From an uncultured Planctomycetota bacterium (GTDB lineage: Bacteria; Planctomycetota; Planctomycetia; Isosphaerales; Isosphaeraceae): 64,000 nucleotides of DNA. The stretch is taken from NCBI GenBank assembly GCA_963845755.1, contig CAWJTV010000011.1:320001-384000 (forward strand), written 5' to 3'. Below the pieces are notes generated by a model. The model saw only the letters and a list, made by a program, of their open reading frames with translations. It was not told the origin of the DNA and did not search any database. A program made the translations under genes and the position numbers. Shown in pieces: positions 40,305-51,570 of the stretch (its first letter is position 1; the number at the start of each line of letters is the position of its first letter).

Positions 40305-43181
40305 TCAGTCGTCGCGATCCACCGACCGCCGGCGCTGAGGGGTGGGACCCGGATCGATCATGCTGGCCGCCCAGGTGGAGGTCGATCCGATGCTGCCCGA
40401 CGCGGTGGCGTAGGAGGGATCGCTGGGCGTATCGCCGATGACGTCGTAGCCCTGCGCGCCGTCGGTCCCGATCCAACTGCCCTGCGTCGTCGTGGCCGCC
40501 TCGAGGGACGTGGCCGAGGATGTTGGCGCCGACGGGTCGATGAAGATCCCGCTGAGCACCGCGTTCACGCCCGATTCCCGCGTGATCGTGATCACGACGT
40601 CGCCTGACACTTTCCAGTTCAGATACACCCCACCCGTAAACGAGGAGACCGTCTCGGTGCTTAGCACCGTCCCCGTCGCCGCGTCGCTGATCTGGATCTG
40701 CTCGACGCGGCTCGGCGAGCTCTGCAAATCGAGCACGTACAGTTCGATGTCGTGCTCCTGGCCGTCGGTCAGGTTCAGGTTCACCGTGAAGCTGGTGGTC
40801 GAGTACCAGGATGCCTCGATCCGGCCGGATCCGCCCGGGTTTTGCAGGGCCTGGCGCACGGTCGTGCTGGTCGACCAGACCCATTTCGACTCGCCGCTGG
40901 CCGAGATGGTGGCGTAGGAGGGCAAGCTGGGGGTATCGCCGATGACGTCGTAGCCTTGCGCACCGTAGGTCCCGATCCAATTGCCCTGCGTTGTCGTGTC
41001 CGTCTTGAGGAACGTGGCCGAGGACGCCTGCGGTGGCGGGTCGATGAAGATCCCGCTGAGCACCGCGTTCACGCCCGATTTCCGCGTGATCGTGATCACG
41101 ACGTCGCCCGACACTTCCCAGTTCAGATACACCCCCCCCATAAACGAGGAGACCGTCTCGGTGCCCAGCACCGTCCCCGTTGCCGCGTCACTGATCTGGA
41201 TCTGTTCGACCCGCTGCGGCGAGCTCTGCACGTCGAGCGCGTACAGTTCGATGTCGTGCTCCTGGCCGTCGGTCAGGTTCAGGTTCACCGTGAAGCTGGT
41301 GGTCGAGTACCAGGATGCCTCGATCCGGCCGGATCCGCCCGGGTTTTGCAGGGCCTGGCGCGCGGTCGTGCTGGTCGACCAGACCCATTTCGACTCGCCG
41401 CTGGCCGAGATGGTGGCGTAGGAGGGCAAGCTGGGAGTGTCGCCGATGACGTCGTAGCCCTGCGCGCCGTAGGTCCCGATCCAATTGCCCTGCGTGGTCG
41501 TATCCTCCGGGGGTGTGAGGATAACGGCCGACGACTGGGGATCGATGAAGTCGAGCAGCGCGTCGTATCGGGGCGTCAGGTTCGAGGGCTCTCCCAGGTA
41601 ATCCATGCTTCCGTACTCGCCCCATTGGTTCGGAAGCTGGCTGAAGTCGAAATAGTTTACCTCCGTCACACCCGCGGCTTCGAGCTCGTTCAAGTAGGCC
41701 ATGACCACGGCGAACTGGCCGGGATCGGTCTGGGCCGCGATGTAGGTCTTGTACCAGGAGGTCGAGGTCGAGGCCTTCACCTGCTGCCCACCCTCATACA
41801 TCATCACGGGGATATTCTGGTTGAGCTGCGTCTCCCAGGAACTCCTCATCGTCATGAAATTCTGGAGTTCCTGGTCGAATCCGCCGGTCACGTCCGTCAT
41901 CTCGGCCGCATCGAACTGCTGGACGGTCGTTTGGGAGTTGAACGAGTTCGTGTTGGGGAGGTAATACGCGGCCCCCGAGATGACGTCGAACCCATGATCG
42001 GGATCGCTCGGGCTGCTGATCGCCACCAGTTGGGTGATCTCCTGGTTAAAAGTCGCGGGGACCTCGAACTGGGCGGCCACGACGCGTTCCATGCGGCCGG
42101 TCTGGCCGCCGAACGCCTGGAGCCAGATATCCCAGCAATTATCCGTGGCCAGGTCGGCCATGGCCTGGGATTGATTGATCCCGTTGGCAATTGCATATGA
42201 ATGAACATAATTATATTCATATTGATAGTTCGAATTCCAGAGCTCGTTGCCGTATTCGACGTAGACTTTCAGCCCGGGATCGAGGTTGTCGCTGACGTAA
42301 TCGGCGAAGTTGAGCTCATAGTTGGGGTCGGCGTTGACGGGCATGGTGACCCACATGTTCTCCTGGAGGGTGTTGCAGAGAGCGACCATGTCCTCCACGC
42401 TGATCCCGGCGGGTGTTGCCTGGGTGAAATAGGTCGGGGTTGTCCGCTCCGCCCAGGTCAGCTCGCCGCTCTGTCCGTCGCTGGTCGTCGCCGAGTTGAA
42501 GTCGGGGAGCATCATGTCCATGAACCGCAGGGTCGAGAACGATTGGAGCGCGCTGAGGTATTGCGGATTGAACGGCTGGGTCTGGTAGGTACCCTGGAGG
42601 CCCGGCAAGACCAGCCGGATGTTCTGGACGTAATCCGCCGGATTCGAGCTGGTAATCGCGATGACTATGCCCCATGGGGATGTCGCGCTGATGGTGACGT
42701 TCTGCGGCTGCCCGGTCCCGCCGCTCTGCGTGAAGGTCTGGACGGGATCGACGAAGTCGTTGATCGCGATCGTCCCGGATCCGTCGAAGGTGAGCGTATA
42801 AGTGCCGGTGGGATAGTACTCCCCCTGGTTGTCGAACACGAAGGTATCCATGGCATAGCCCTGCGATGGCAGGTTGCCGAGGCCGATGGGGTATCCGTTG
42901 GAGTCCAGGGACGGGGTCGTGACATTGGGGATGTTCCAGGGGTACCCGGGGCTTTTCGCGGGGGTGACGTTCCACTGATACTTGGCCATCTCCATCACGT
43001 TCGCGAATGGGATGTCGGTCGCGCCATAACTGAGGCCGCCGAGATTCATGCCGACGCCCATGCCCGAGGAGAGCAGGGTTCGCCGTTCCAGCCCCTCGAT
43101 GGCGATTCCGCGGCGGTGGTTGCGCTCGCGATTCGACCCGGGTCGCCGGGACCTTGCGGGATTGTGGCGGAATAGGTTCAT
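40305..43181 (-). CDS. Large secreted LEPR-XLL protein: putative TIM-barrel glycoside hydrolase plus tandem beta-domains
   Basis: EGLERRTLLS; LRFMD, VEYGNELWN, YEGGQ; 168-aa repeats. Confidence 0.8.
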   Translation of the reverse strand: MNLFRHNPARSRRPGSNRERNHRRGIAIEGLERRTLLSSGMGVGMNLGGLSYGATDIPFANVMEMAKYQWNVTPAKSPGYPWNIPNVTTPSLDSNGYPIGLGNLPSQGYAMDTFVFDNQGEYYPTGTYTLTFDGSGTIAINDFVDPVQTFTQSGGTGQPQNVTISATSPWGIVIAITSSNPADYVQNIRLVLPGLQGTYQTQPFNPQYLSALQSFSTLRFMDMMLPDFNSATTSDGQSGELTWAERTTPTYFTQATPAGISVEDMVALCNTLQENMWVTMPVNADPNYELNFADYVSDNLDPGLKVYVEYGNELWNSNYQYEYNYVHSYAIANGINQSQAMADLATDNCWDIWLQAFGGQTGRMERVVAAQFEVPATFNQEITQLVAISSPSDPDHGFDVISGAAYYLPNTNSFNSQTTVQQFDAAEMTDVTGGFDQELQNFMTMRSSWETQLNQNIPVMMYEGGQQVKASTSTSWYKTYIAAQTDPGQFAVVMAYLNELEAAGVTEVNYFDFSQLPNQWGEYGSMDYLGEPSNLTPRYDALLDFIDPQSSAVILTPPEDTTTQGNWIGTYGAQGYDVIGDTPSLPSYATISASGESKWVWSTSTTARQALQNPGGSGRIEASWYSTTSFTVNLNLTDGQEHDIELYALDVQSSPQRVEQIQISDAATGTVLGTETVSSFMGGVYLNWEVSGDVVITITRKSGVNAVLSGIFIDPPPQASSATFLKTDTTTQGNWIGTYGAQGYDVIGDTPSLPSYATISASGESKWVWSTSTTVRQALQNPGGSGRIEASWYSTTSFTVNLNLTDGQEHDIELYVLDLQSSPSRVEQIQISDAATGTVLSTETVSSFTGGVYLNWKVSGDVVITITRESGVNAVLSGIFIDPSAPTSSATSLEAATTTQGSWIGTDGAQGYDVIGDTPSDPSYATASGSIGSTSTWAASMIDPGPTPQRRRSVDRDD
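40345..41504 (-). repeat. 504-bp tandem domain repeat (2 full + 1 partial)
   Basis: (D/A)TTTQG(N/S)WIGT begins at 41504, 41000 and 40496. Confidence 0.92.
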
Positions 43182-44325
43182 GGATGAGCTCCTGTTGGGG
43201 ATGTCGCATCGTCAAGCGTGGTAAAGCCAGGGCGCACCCGGGGCGCCGATCGGCCGGCGTGGCGGCGAACCAGATGAGCCGTCGTGGGAGAATCCCGGGC
43301 TGATCAAACTCGATCGTTCGGCGTGCGGCGTTCCGGCGAATCCCGTCAGGGATCCGGAACGACTTATCTTCATCTCACGAAACAAGCACGACAATAGATC
43401 AACACTAAATCACTCTCACGGCTTTCGACACGGGACGACGAGCCAAGTCATGCGCGATTGCAATTCTTCAGCTCTAGGGCGTCAACGCCGTCCCGGCCCG
43501 GCGCAAGGCAATGACCTTGGCCCGCGAACCACTGCGGGATTCACCGGTTGGGCTATGCAACGAACCTTCGACGGACGATCCAATTGCGGCGAGGAGTTCC
43601 ACCTTCTTCCTCGAGGGCCACCCTCAGGGATCGTCACTTGGCTCGCAGCTCGATGGGAGCGATTCGTGCTGATCGTTATCGACTCTTGAGGCCCTCCCCT
43701 GTGGTCGCGGTAAAGCCGGGAAAGGTGGTCCGTCGTCCCCTCTCCATGCAATTCATTGGCCGTCGATTATTGCGTGAATGATGGTCTGACAACATCCTCG
43801 ATATTTACCGAAACCGATATTTGAACGTGAAAGTACGAAGATCCTAATCAGGCCTTGTTTACAATGCAAGCGAAAAACAGGTCATCAAACCACAAAAAAA
43901 TAGGCTGCCACTATTCTTCTCATGCAAGCGGTCGTTCGTCGCTCACTGCGTGAATGACGGAGTGGCCGTAACTTTACGCATGACGATGGGCCGGAAAACC
44001 GGCGGCGATCCGTCGGAGAGGATCCCTGGATCTTGAATCCCGCTTCGAGAATGCGGGCAAATGCAGCGACACAAACGTCTGGGGTAGGATCCCTGCTTCG
44101 TGCAAGACCTGGGAGATCGCGATTCCCGATGGGGAGGCCGGCCCTCGCCGGCCGATGTCTCTGCAGACATCAGACGCAATCGCTGGCCGGACACCAGGCC
44201 GTGGCGAAGGACGATCTCACCTACTTTTCTTATTTCTGAAGATGTGAATCAGCATTGAGTCGTTCGTAGTCTTTCCGCCGCCCGGGGCGGGGTCGAGCAC
44301 CGAGGACTTGCGACGGGGCGAACCC

Positions 44326-44959
44326 TCACGAAGGCCGTAGCCGGGTCCGCAGGAGGTTGAGTCCGAGCCCGATGTAGATGCAGCCCGAGAGCCGCTCCAG
44401 CCGGGCCATGAGCCGGCTGTTCTGCCGGAGGGCGGCGCGTCGCCCGGGCGGCGCCGACGGCCAGACACAGGCACCACAGCGTCCCACCGAAGACGAACAG
44501 GCCGCCCAGCAGCAGGAACGGGAGTGGCCCGAGCCGGGCGCCGGGGTCGACGAACTGGGGCAAGAATGCGAGGAAGAAGATGGCAACCTTGGGATTCAAG
44601 GCATTGGTCAAGACCCCCTGACGGAAGATCCGCCCGGGAGTGGCCGCGGCAACCTCAGGGGTCGCGAGCCTCCCAGTGGCTCGCAGTGCCTGGATGCCGA
44701 GATACAACAGATACGCCGCCCCCGCCAGTTTCAACAGGGAAAACGCCGGGGCCGAGGCGGCCAGCAGGGCGGACAACCCGAACGCCGCCAGCGCGGTGTG
44801 GAGCAGGATGCCGCAGCCAATCCCCAGCGCCGACATGGCGCCGGCCCGTCTCCCCTGCGCAATACTCCATACCAGGATATACATCGTGTCCGGCCCCGGC
44901 GCGATCCACAGGAGGAAGCTGGCAAGCAAGAATGCCGGCAGATCGTGCGTACCGAGCAT
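44326..44959 (-). CDS. LysE/RhtB family translocator; frameshift near 44440
   Basis: APGPD, GAAYLLYLG, GVLTNALNPKVAIFFLAFLPQF. Confidence 0.92.
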
Positions 44960-45213
44960 TCGGGTCTCCTCGGAAAGCGCTCTCAATTGGCCGTCGGAGC
45001 CAGTCCCGCACCTAATATAGGTGATAGAAATGTAAGCTTCAACTGAATCCCGATCGCTCTTTCGCTTTTATGAGCGCCCCTCGAAGTGGGGAGTGGTCGC
45101 ACCAAGGACTGCGCGTTATCCTCCATGGACGGAGGAATCCCGAAGGTCCTCTCGAGAAAGAGGCGATGAGGATGCCGGCGCTTCTGCTCTGGATCGGGAT
45201 CAATGCCCTCGTT

Positions 45214-46634
45214 GGGTGTGACCGACGATTGATGTAGCATATTATCGGAAACCGCCCAGGGTTCAGGCTGCCACCGGAAACCCGCAGCGGTCGATCTTCG
45301 ACCAGAACTGGTCCCACCTCCCGGTCGTGTGGTTCAAGCAGCGTAGACTCAGCACCGCCGCCGCTCCCGACTCCTTCCATTTCATCCCCGAACCGCAGAG
45401 ACGTTGCTTCACGATCACCTTGCAGGCGGCTTCGGTCACGCCACTGCCGATCGGCTCGTTGTTGGCGACCCGCGCCGCATAGTCCATCCGTCCCGCGGTC
45501 GATTGGTTGGTGAAGTAGGTGATGGCTCGTTGTACGTCCTCATCATCCTTGGCCCACGGCCGCACTTTCGCCAGCGACTTCAATTGCTTGAGGATCGTGG
45601 CCGCGCCTCCGGGTTCGTGCTTCAACGTGTGACAGCTCGCCTCCGTCCACGACCGACGCGTCGCGGGCTGGCCCCGGTACAGCACCGCCGCCGCCTTGCC
45701 CAGATACTCCGCAGCATGCCAGAAGTCCACGACCTGAGTGTCAGTGTACCGTCGGAGGAATTCCCAGTTCCCCTTGGCTCCGTCGGCGATCCCGGCGTAG
45801 TGGGCCTGAGGATACTTCGCCTTCACCTGGGACACCTCCGCCTCCAAGCGACCCAGGAAGGTCGCCTTGCCGTACTCGGGCGTCGCCGCCAGGTAGATCG
45901 TGTGCTGCCGCTGGCCCGCGCCGTCGTAGAAGCTGATCGTCCCGACCATCGTCTCCCGCCAACCGTCCTCGCACATCAGCGCGCAGGTCCCGTCCAAGCT
46001 GAGGGCCACGGTCGTCGGGGGCGTGTCCATCGTGGGGAGGTGGTAACTCCAGTCTTCCTCCTTGACCAGCGCCACGGCGGCCACCGCGTCGGCGACGTCC
46101 TGGATCAGGCAGCGCGAGACGTCCCGGCCGTGGTTGTCGCGCAGATCGCGCCGGACTCGCGCCGAGCCGAATTCGGCGTACTTACTCGCGACCATCTTGG
46201 CGAACTTAGGGGTGGAGCTGACGATGATCCGGGCGTCACGATCCAGGGGGCAGTAGGTGGCTCCGCCCTGGGGACTCTGGTAGACGTGCCGTTGGACCGT
46301 GGCCATGCCATAGGGCGTCTGGTAATCCTTGGAGGACTGACCCTTGCTGGTCAACGTGACCGAGCCGACGGTGAGGGGAGAGCCGTCGGTGTCGAATTGC
46401 CGCAGTCCTTCCTCAGTGGCCAGGACACCGGCGGCGTTGAGTTGGTCCTGGAGCGTTTCCTCGAACTCGAGCATCGAGCGGTGGTAGGGGATGGTGATCT
46501 GGACGGTGAAACCCGCCTCAGTGCGGCTGATGATCTGTGCGGACATCGTCGGGCCTCCGTGAAGAGAGAAGAGAATCCCCCAAAATCTTACTGAGAAAGC
46601 TCCTCAAACTCTACATCAATCGTCGGTCACACCC
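45214..46634 (-). mobile_element. Complete ISKra4-family insertion sequence, 1421 bp
   Basis: Perfect 24-bp TIR GGGTGTGACCGACGATTGATGTAG; 8-bp TSD CCCTCGTT at 45206-45213 and 46635-46642. Confidence 0.93.
45263..46546 (-). CDS. ISKra4-family (Mutator-like DDE) transposase
   Basis: SLDG, ADGAKGNW, DFWHAAEYL, IGSGVTEAACK. Confidence 0.9.
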   Translation of the reverse strand: MSAQIISRTEAGFTVQITIPYHRSMLEFEETLQDQLNAAGVLATEEGLRQFDTDGSPLTVGSVTLTSKGQSSKDYQTPYGMATVQRHVYQSPQGGATYCPLDRDARIIVSSTPKFAKMVASKYAEFGSARVRRDLRDNHGRDVSRCLIQDVADAVAAVALVKEEDWSYHLPTMDTPPTTVALSLDGTCALMCEDGWRETMVGTISFYDGAGQRQHTIYLAATPEYGKATFLGRLEAEVSQVKAKYPQAHYAGIADGAKGNWEFLRRYTDTQVVDFWHAAEYLGKAAAVLYRGQPATRRSWTEASCHTLKHEPGGAATILKQLKSLAKVRPWAKDDEDVQRAITYFTNQSTAGRMDYAARVANNEPIGSGVTEAACKVIVKQRLCGSGMKWKESGAAAVLSLRCLNHTTGRWDQFWSKIDRCGFPVAA

Positions 46635-48528
46635 CCCTCGTTGCGGGAGATGACAGGCCCGCGCCGGTTCCCATCAACGGCATGGTCGTCGACGCCGATC
46701 GGCAGCCCGCGGCCGGGGTCCTCCAGCCCGAAGCTCCGAAACGCCTCGCGGCCATCGAAGGCCGGGTCCTCGACCGCCGCGACCGACCGGTCGCCGGCGC
46801 GTCGGTCTGGGTTCTGGGCACGACGGGCGCACCGATCCCAGCGACCACCGAGGGCGGGGGACGGTTCCGGCTCGGAGAGGTCCCGCCGCGGCGGTCGTTC
46901 CTCTTCGTCGACGCGAGGGGCTTCCGATTCCACGGCCGGGCGATCGAGCCCGGCGCTGGAGCTGATCGAAGGCGTGGACGAGCCGGCCATACCCGATCGC
47001 CATCGGGTCAACATGGCCCAGGAGCTGGCCCAGGTCGACTCGGTCGCGGCGGAACGGCTGTTGACCACGCTCAAGGAGCCGGACCAGCTCGCGCGCGACC
47101 TGTCGCGGATCGGTTACGCCATGGCCTTGAAGGACCCGGCGCGGGCTCGCCGGCTTGCCGATCGCGACCTGGGCAAAGGGCCGAACGCCCGGGCACTCCC
47201 CTTCGCTCGGGCTCATGCCCTGGGCATGATCGCCCTGGCGACCGCTGACGCCGACAAAGCGAAGGCGGCTCGATTCCTCAAGGAAGCGTCCGCCGCGCTG
47301 ACGATTCTGGCGGCCGAGGGCCGGCGTGGCTCCGCGGGAGTCGAGGTTCAAGATGCCGCGACCGTTGCGGCCGCGCTGCTGCCGGTCGCCGAGCGGATCG
47401 ACCCGTCCCTCGTACCCGAGCACTTCTGGCGCACCGTCTCGTTCCGCCCGTTGTCAACGCCCGGGGCCGTCACGGCGGCGATGTCCGACAGCATGCTGGC
47501 CCTGCTCCTGGCCCGTTACGACCGCGATCTCGCCATGCTCGTGCTCCAGCCCATTCTCGATCGCGGACCGACAGCCGAGGACGTCGGGACGACGCACACC
47601 GTCGAGGCCATGGCGGCCATCGACCCGGCCCGCGCCGTGGCGATCGTCGAGTCTCTGCCCGACGATCCCGATCTCAAACACAAGCCGTTCCAGAACCCCA
47701 AGAACCGCGCCCGCGGCGCGCTGGCTGCGTTCCTCGCCGGCCTGCCGGACGAGCGTTGGGATCATGTCGCCCACCAGTTCCATTATCTGTGGGTCGTCGG
47801 AGAAGAGGACGTGTTTTGAGCCTGGGCGACCCAGGGGAGCACCGAGCTGTTCTGGTGGTATCTGCGAGGTCATCTCCGCCAACTCTTATTGACGAGCCCG
47901 GCCGTTGCCCACCGGCCGATCCGAGGTCTTAACTGTGAACGTCCCTACCCAGGTCAGACGCCCTCTTTGGCTTGGCGACAGGGCCAGGGTCTTCGGTCCG
48001 GGCGACAGAGGCTCGAGTGCGACGATCGCGGCCGAAATCCCCTGGAATCCCCCATAGCGATGAACGGGGCGCTTGCGCCACGCTTCCCACCTCCCCGCAA
48101 TCGGCCGGAAATAGGCTATAAATGGCATTTTAGACCTGATCAGGGGTCTCCACTTCTCTGAACATCGGATCATGTACGTAAGATCACCGACCTCAGTGGA
48201 TGCGAGAGAGTCCGGCAGAAGATTCACGATTTCACGAACATAATACTTTGTCTAAGACTGGGTTGCATCTCCCGCTCTCCGACTCGCAAGGCGGCCGGTC
48301 TCGACCCCATAACCGTCGGCCTTTCATCGGAGATTGTTACCTCGACGACCGCGCCGCCCGATAAACGCGCCGTGCCAATCAGCTTTACAAAGCATGAAAC
48401 GAGGCGGCATCCTCATTTTCTTATTCTATTGACGAATTTTTTGCTTGACGGCGAGGGTTCCGCTTGACTTATATAAGAGTGATTGAAATGCTCTCACCCA
48501 TCTCATCAAGGGGCCGAAGGAGGTTCGC

Positions 48529-49659
48529 ATGTTGGGGGCGAATGCTGTCAGGTCGCGCAGGGGATTCACGTTGATCGAGCTGCTGGTCGTGATCGCCATC
48601 ATCGCCGTGTTGATTGCCTTGCTCCTGCCCGCGGTCCAGTCGGCCCGGGAGGCGGCGCGGCGATCCCAGTGCACCAACAATCTCAAGCAGATCGGCTTGG
48701 GGATGCACAACTACCTTTCGGCCATCGGCGTCTTCCCGCTCGGTGTTTCGCGCTACGGTCCGATCACTTCATACGAATGGGACAGTTGGAGCAGCCACGC
48801 CATGATGCTCAGCCAGCTCGAGCAATCAACGATGTACAACGCGATCAACTTCTCGCTCGGCAATAATATGCCGAATAGCTACGGATACTACGCCAACTCG
48901 ACGGTCACGGGGCAGCGTGTGTCGGTGTTCCTGTGTCCGTCGGACGCCAACGCCGGGAGCTTGACGGTCCTTCGGACGGCGGACAATCGCACGGATATGC
49001 TGGACCTCAGCTATCTGGGCTCGGCCGGGACCACGACCATGTCACCGAATAACACGGCGCCCACCAATATCTGGGCGACGCAGGGGAGCACCGGGCTGTT
49101 CTGGTGGTATAAGAGCTATGGGATCGAGAGCGTCACGGACGGCACGTCGAACACGGTGGCGTTCTCCGAGGGGCTGGTGAGCAAGGTCGGGGGTGCGAAC
49201 AACTCGACGGATAATGCAACGCTGCCGACCAACTACGGGGGGACTTCGACCACGGGGGTCGCCGCAGCCGGCGGTGCGGCGCAGCAATATGACGCCAACG
49301 CCAACCCGACGGCGGTCATCACCGGGCTGCAGGGCTGCACGATCGCCATCCAGAACCGCCAGGGCCTCAACAATACCCGCGGTATCTTCTGGGAGGTCGG
49401 CTCGCTGGGGATGACGATGTTCAACACGATCGCACCGCCGAGCTCGACCCAGTACAACTGGGGCGACTGCCGCTTCACCGGCGGGGGTTATCCCAACGAT
49501 GCCACCTTCGCCAACGCCAACAGCCTCCACTCGGGCGGTTGCAACGTGCTCTTCGCCGACGGCAGCGTCCACTTCGTCAAGAGTTCGATTAACATGTACA
49601 CCTGGTGGTCGCTCGGCACCCGGGCCAACGGCGAGGTCATCTCCTCCGACGCCTATTGA
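48529..49659 (+). CDS. DUF1559 prepilin-type protein (intact)
   Basis: [43 protein letters not shown]. Confidence 0.95.
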   Translation: MLGANAVRSRRGFTLIELLVVIAIIAVLIALLLPAVQSAREAARRSQCTNNLKQIGLGMHNYLSAIGVFPLGVSRYGPITSYEWDSWSSHAMMLSQLEQSTMYNAINFSLGNNMPNSYGYYANSTVTGQRVSVFLCPSDANAGSLTVLRTADNRTDMLDLSYLGSAGTTTMSPNNTAPTNIWATQGSTGLFWWYKSYGIESVTDGTSNTVAFSEGLVSKVGGANNSTDNATLPTNYGGTSTTGVAAAGGAAQQYDANANPTAVITGLQGCTIAIQNRQGLNNTRGIFWEVGSLGMTMFNTIAPPSSTQYNWGDCRFTGGGYPNDATFANANSLHSGGCNVLFADGSVHFVKSSINMYTWWSLGTRANGEVISSDAY

Positions 49660-49937
49660 TCGGGACCGCCGGGCTGACCGGACCCCCGCTCCAGGCCCGA
49701 TCCGACCGAGACGGGCCGGGAAGGGACCACGAGGAGCGGAGTGCGGCTTCCCGCACCCCGCCTTCGCGGGAGCCGGCCCCGGGTCGCGGGGGCGAATCTC
49801 AATGACCGGCCTTACATCTCTTTTTGAACGTAGGATCACGTTGTATAATCGCTGAGTTGAAGAGTCCCGGAAATCAGCGAGGCCGCTCGACAACCCGCCG
49901 GGACTGAGCGTATCTCCTTTTCGAGAGTAGACACGGC

Positions 49938-51178
49938 ATGAGCGTGCTCCAACGTCATCGGCCGCGGGAATCCAAGCTGATCGCCAACAAGCACCGGATC
50001 CTCAACCGGATCTTCCGTGAGGGGAGATGTTCGCGCTTCTATCTTGCCCGCAGGCTCAACATCAATGCATCGACGATCGGGAATTACGTAGAGGACTTCC
50101 TCCAGCAAGGAATCCTGCTGGAAGATCACGCGCGGCCGACCCGGCGCGGCCGCTCGCCGGTCCCCATGTGGCTCAATCCCGATTACGGCCGGTTCCTGGG
50201 CGTCGATTTCGAAGCCCTGCGCGTCCGCACGGTGTTGACCGACTTCGCCGGCGGGATCGTGGCCCAGAAGGAGGTCGCCCTGCGGGCGGGCCTCAGCCGG
50301 CATACCGTGTTGAAGATCGTGCTGGATGCGGCGAAGGAGACGGCCTGGCAGGCGGGGGCCTTGCGCGTCTTCGCCGTCGGCATCGCCGCGCCGGGGCTCC
50401 TCGACTCGCGCGAGGGCCGGATCGTGCGCTACGCCCTGCTCCCCGACTTCCAGGATGTCCCACTGCTCGAGGAACTCCGGCCGCACTTCGACTGCCCGGT
50501 CTTCGTCGAGGAGAACATTCGCGCACTCACGCTGGCCGAGATGCTCCGCGGCGCCGGCCGGGGACGCCGCAACTTCCTGTGCGTCGCCGCTCGTTCCGGG
50601 ATCGGCATGGGAATCGTGATCGATGGACGGATTTACACGGGCAATGGAGGACTGGCCGGCAAGCTCGGCCGGACCGTCTTCCCGCGGGACGGTCATCCCC
50701 AGACCATGACCCAGCTCGTCTCGGCCAAGGGGATCATCGGCCAAGCCATCGAATTGTTGAAGTCCACCCGGAAGTCGCCGTTGCGCCGATCGCTCCTGGA
50801 GAAAGGGGACGACCTGTCCCTGGATGACCTGGTCGCGGCCGCCGAATCGGGCGACCGGTCGATTCGCGCCTGCTCGAACAGGTCGGGAGAGATCTGGGAC
50901 TGGTCGTGGCCAATCTGGCCAACCTGTTCGCCCCCGAGGCCATCGTCCTGGCCGGCGAAGTCCCCACCTGCTGCGACCTGGTCCGCCAGCGGCTGGAGCA
51001 AGGGTTTCGCCAGCACGCCATGCCCGAGATCCAGCGCGAGACGGTCCTCGCCGACGGAGCGCTCTCGGGCTTCGCTGCAGCGATGGGCGCCGCTTACCAG
51101 GGATTTCTCAGCACGTTTCCCCAGGAAGAAGTCATCCCGGCCGAGGCCGTGAACTCGCTCATGGTGACCCACGGGTAA
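49938..51178 (+). CDS. ROK-family transcriptional regulator; frameshift near 50870
   Basis: N-terminal wHTH, GRSP, GIAAPG, VFVEEN, GIGMGIVIDG; C-terminus NLFAPEAIVLAG in shifted frame. Confidence 0.9.
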
Positions 51179-51570
51179 GGAAGATACGCTCAATTGCCTC
51201 CCAGTTGCGTGGCCCGCGTCCCGCGCGGTGGCACGGTCTGCCGACCGGGCCACCCGGCCCAACGCAGGTCCCCTGAGGGACTCACCGACCGATGCGGGTG
51301 TCACCAAGTGGCACAATGGGACATCTTTTTCGAAGGTTGCCGTTCCCGATCTCCTTGGCTGATATCCGATTGCGACGACGGCGTGAACCGGGAGGCGCGG
51401 TGCTGGCGCCCGTCTCGGGAGTGATTGCACGTGGTCCATACTCTCAGGATGCCGCAACTTTGGAAAATCGTTAATGCACCTAGCGAGGATTTCGGTCGAC
51501 AGTCGCCCCAACTCTCAGCCCCAGCAGCAGATAAAAAATCCGAAAATTTTTCTAGCCTGGTGTTTAGGGC

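Larger units (their letters stand above)
45166..47819 (+). pseudogene. Secreted carboxypeptidase-regulatory-like/helical protein interrupted by IS
   Basis: MRMPALLLWIGINALV (45166-45213) rejoins in frame to AGDDRPAPVPINGMVVD (46643+) after IS removal; further frame break near 46960. Confidence 0.8.

Noticed and set aside
40345..41504. Possible DGR template/variable repeat pair
   Set aside because: Both copies are in frame in one ORF, differences do not look adenine-specific, and no reverse transcriptase is present
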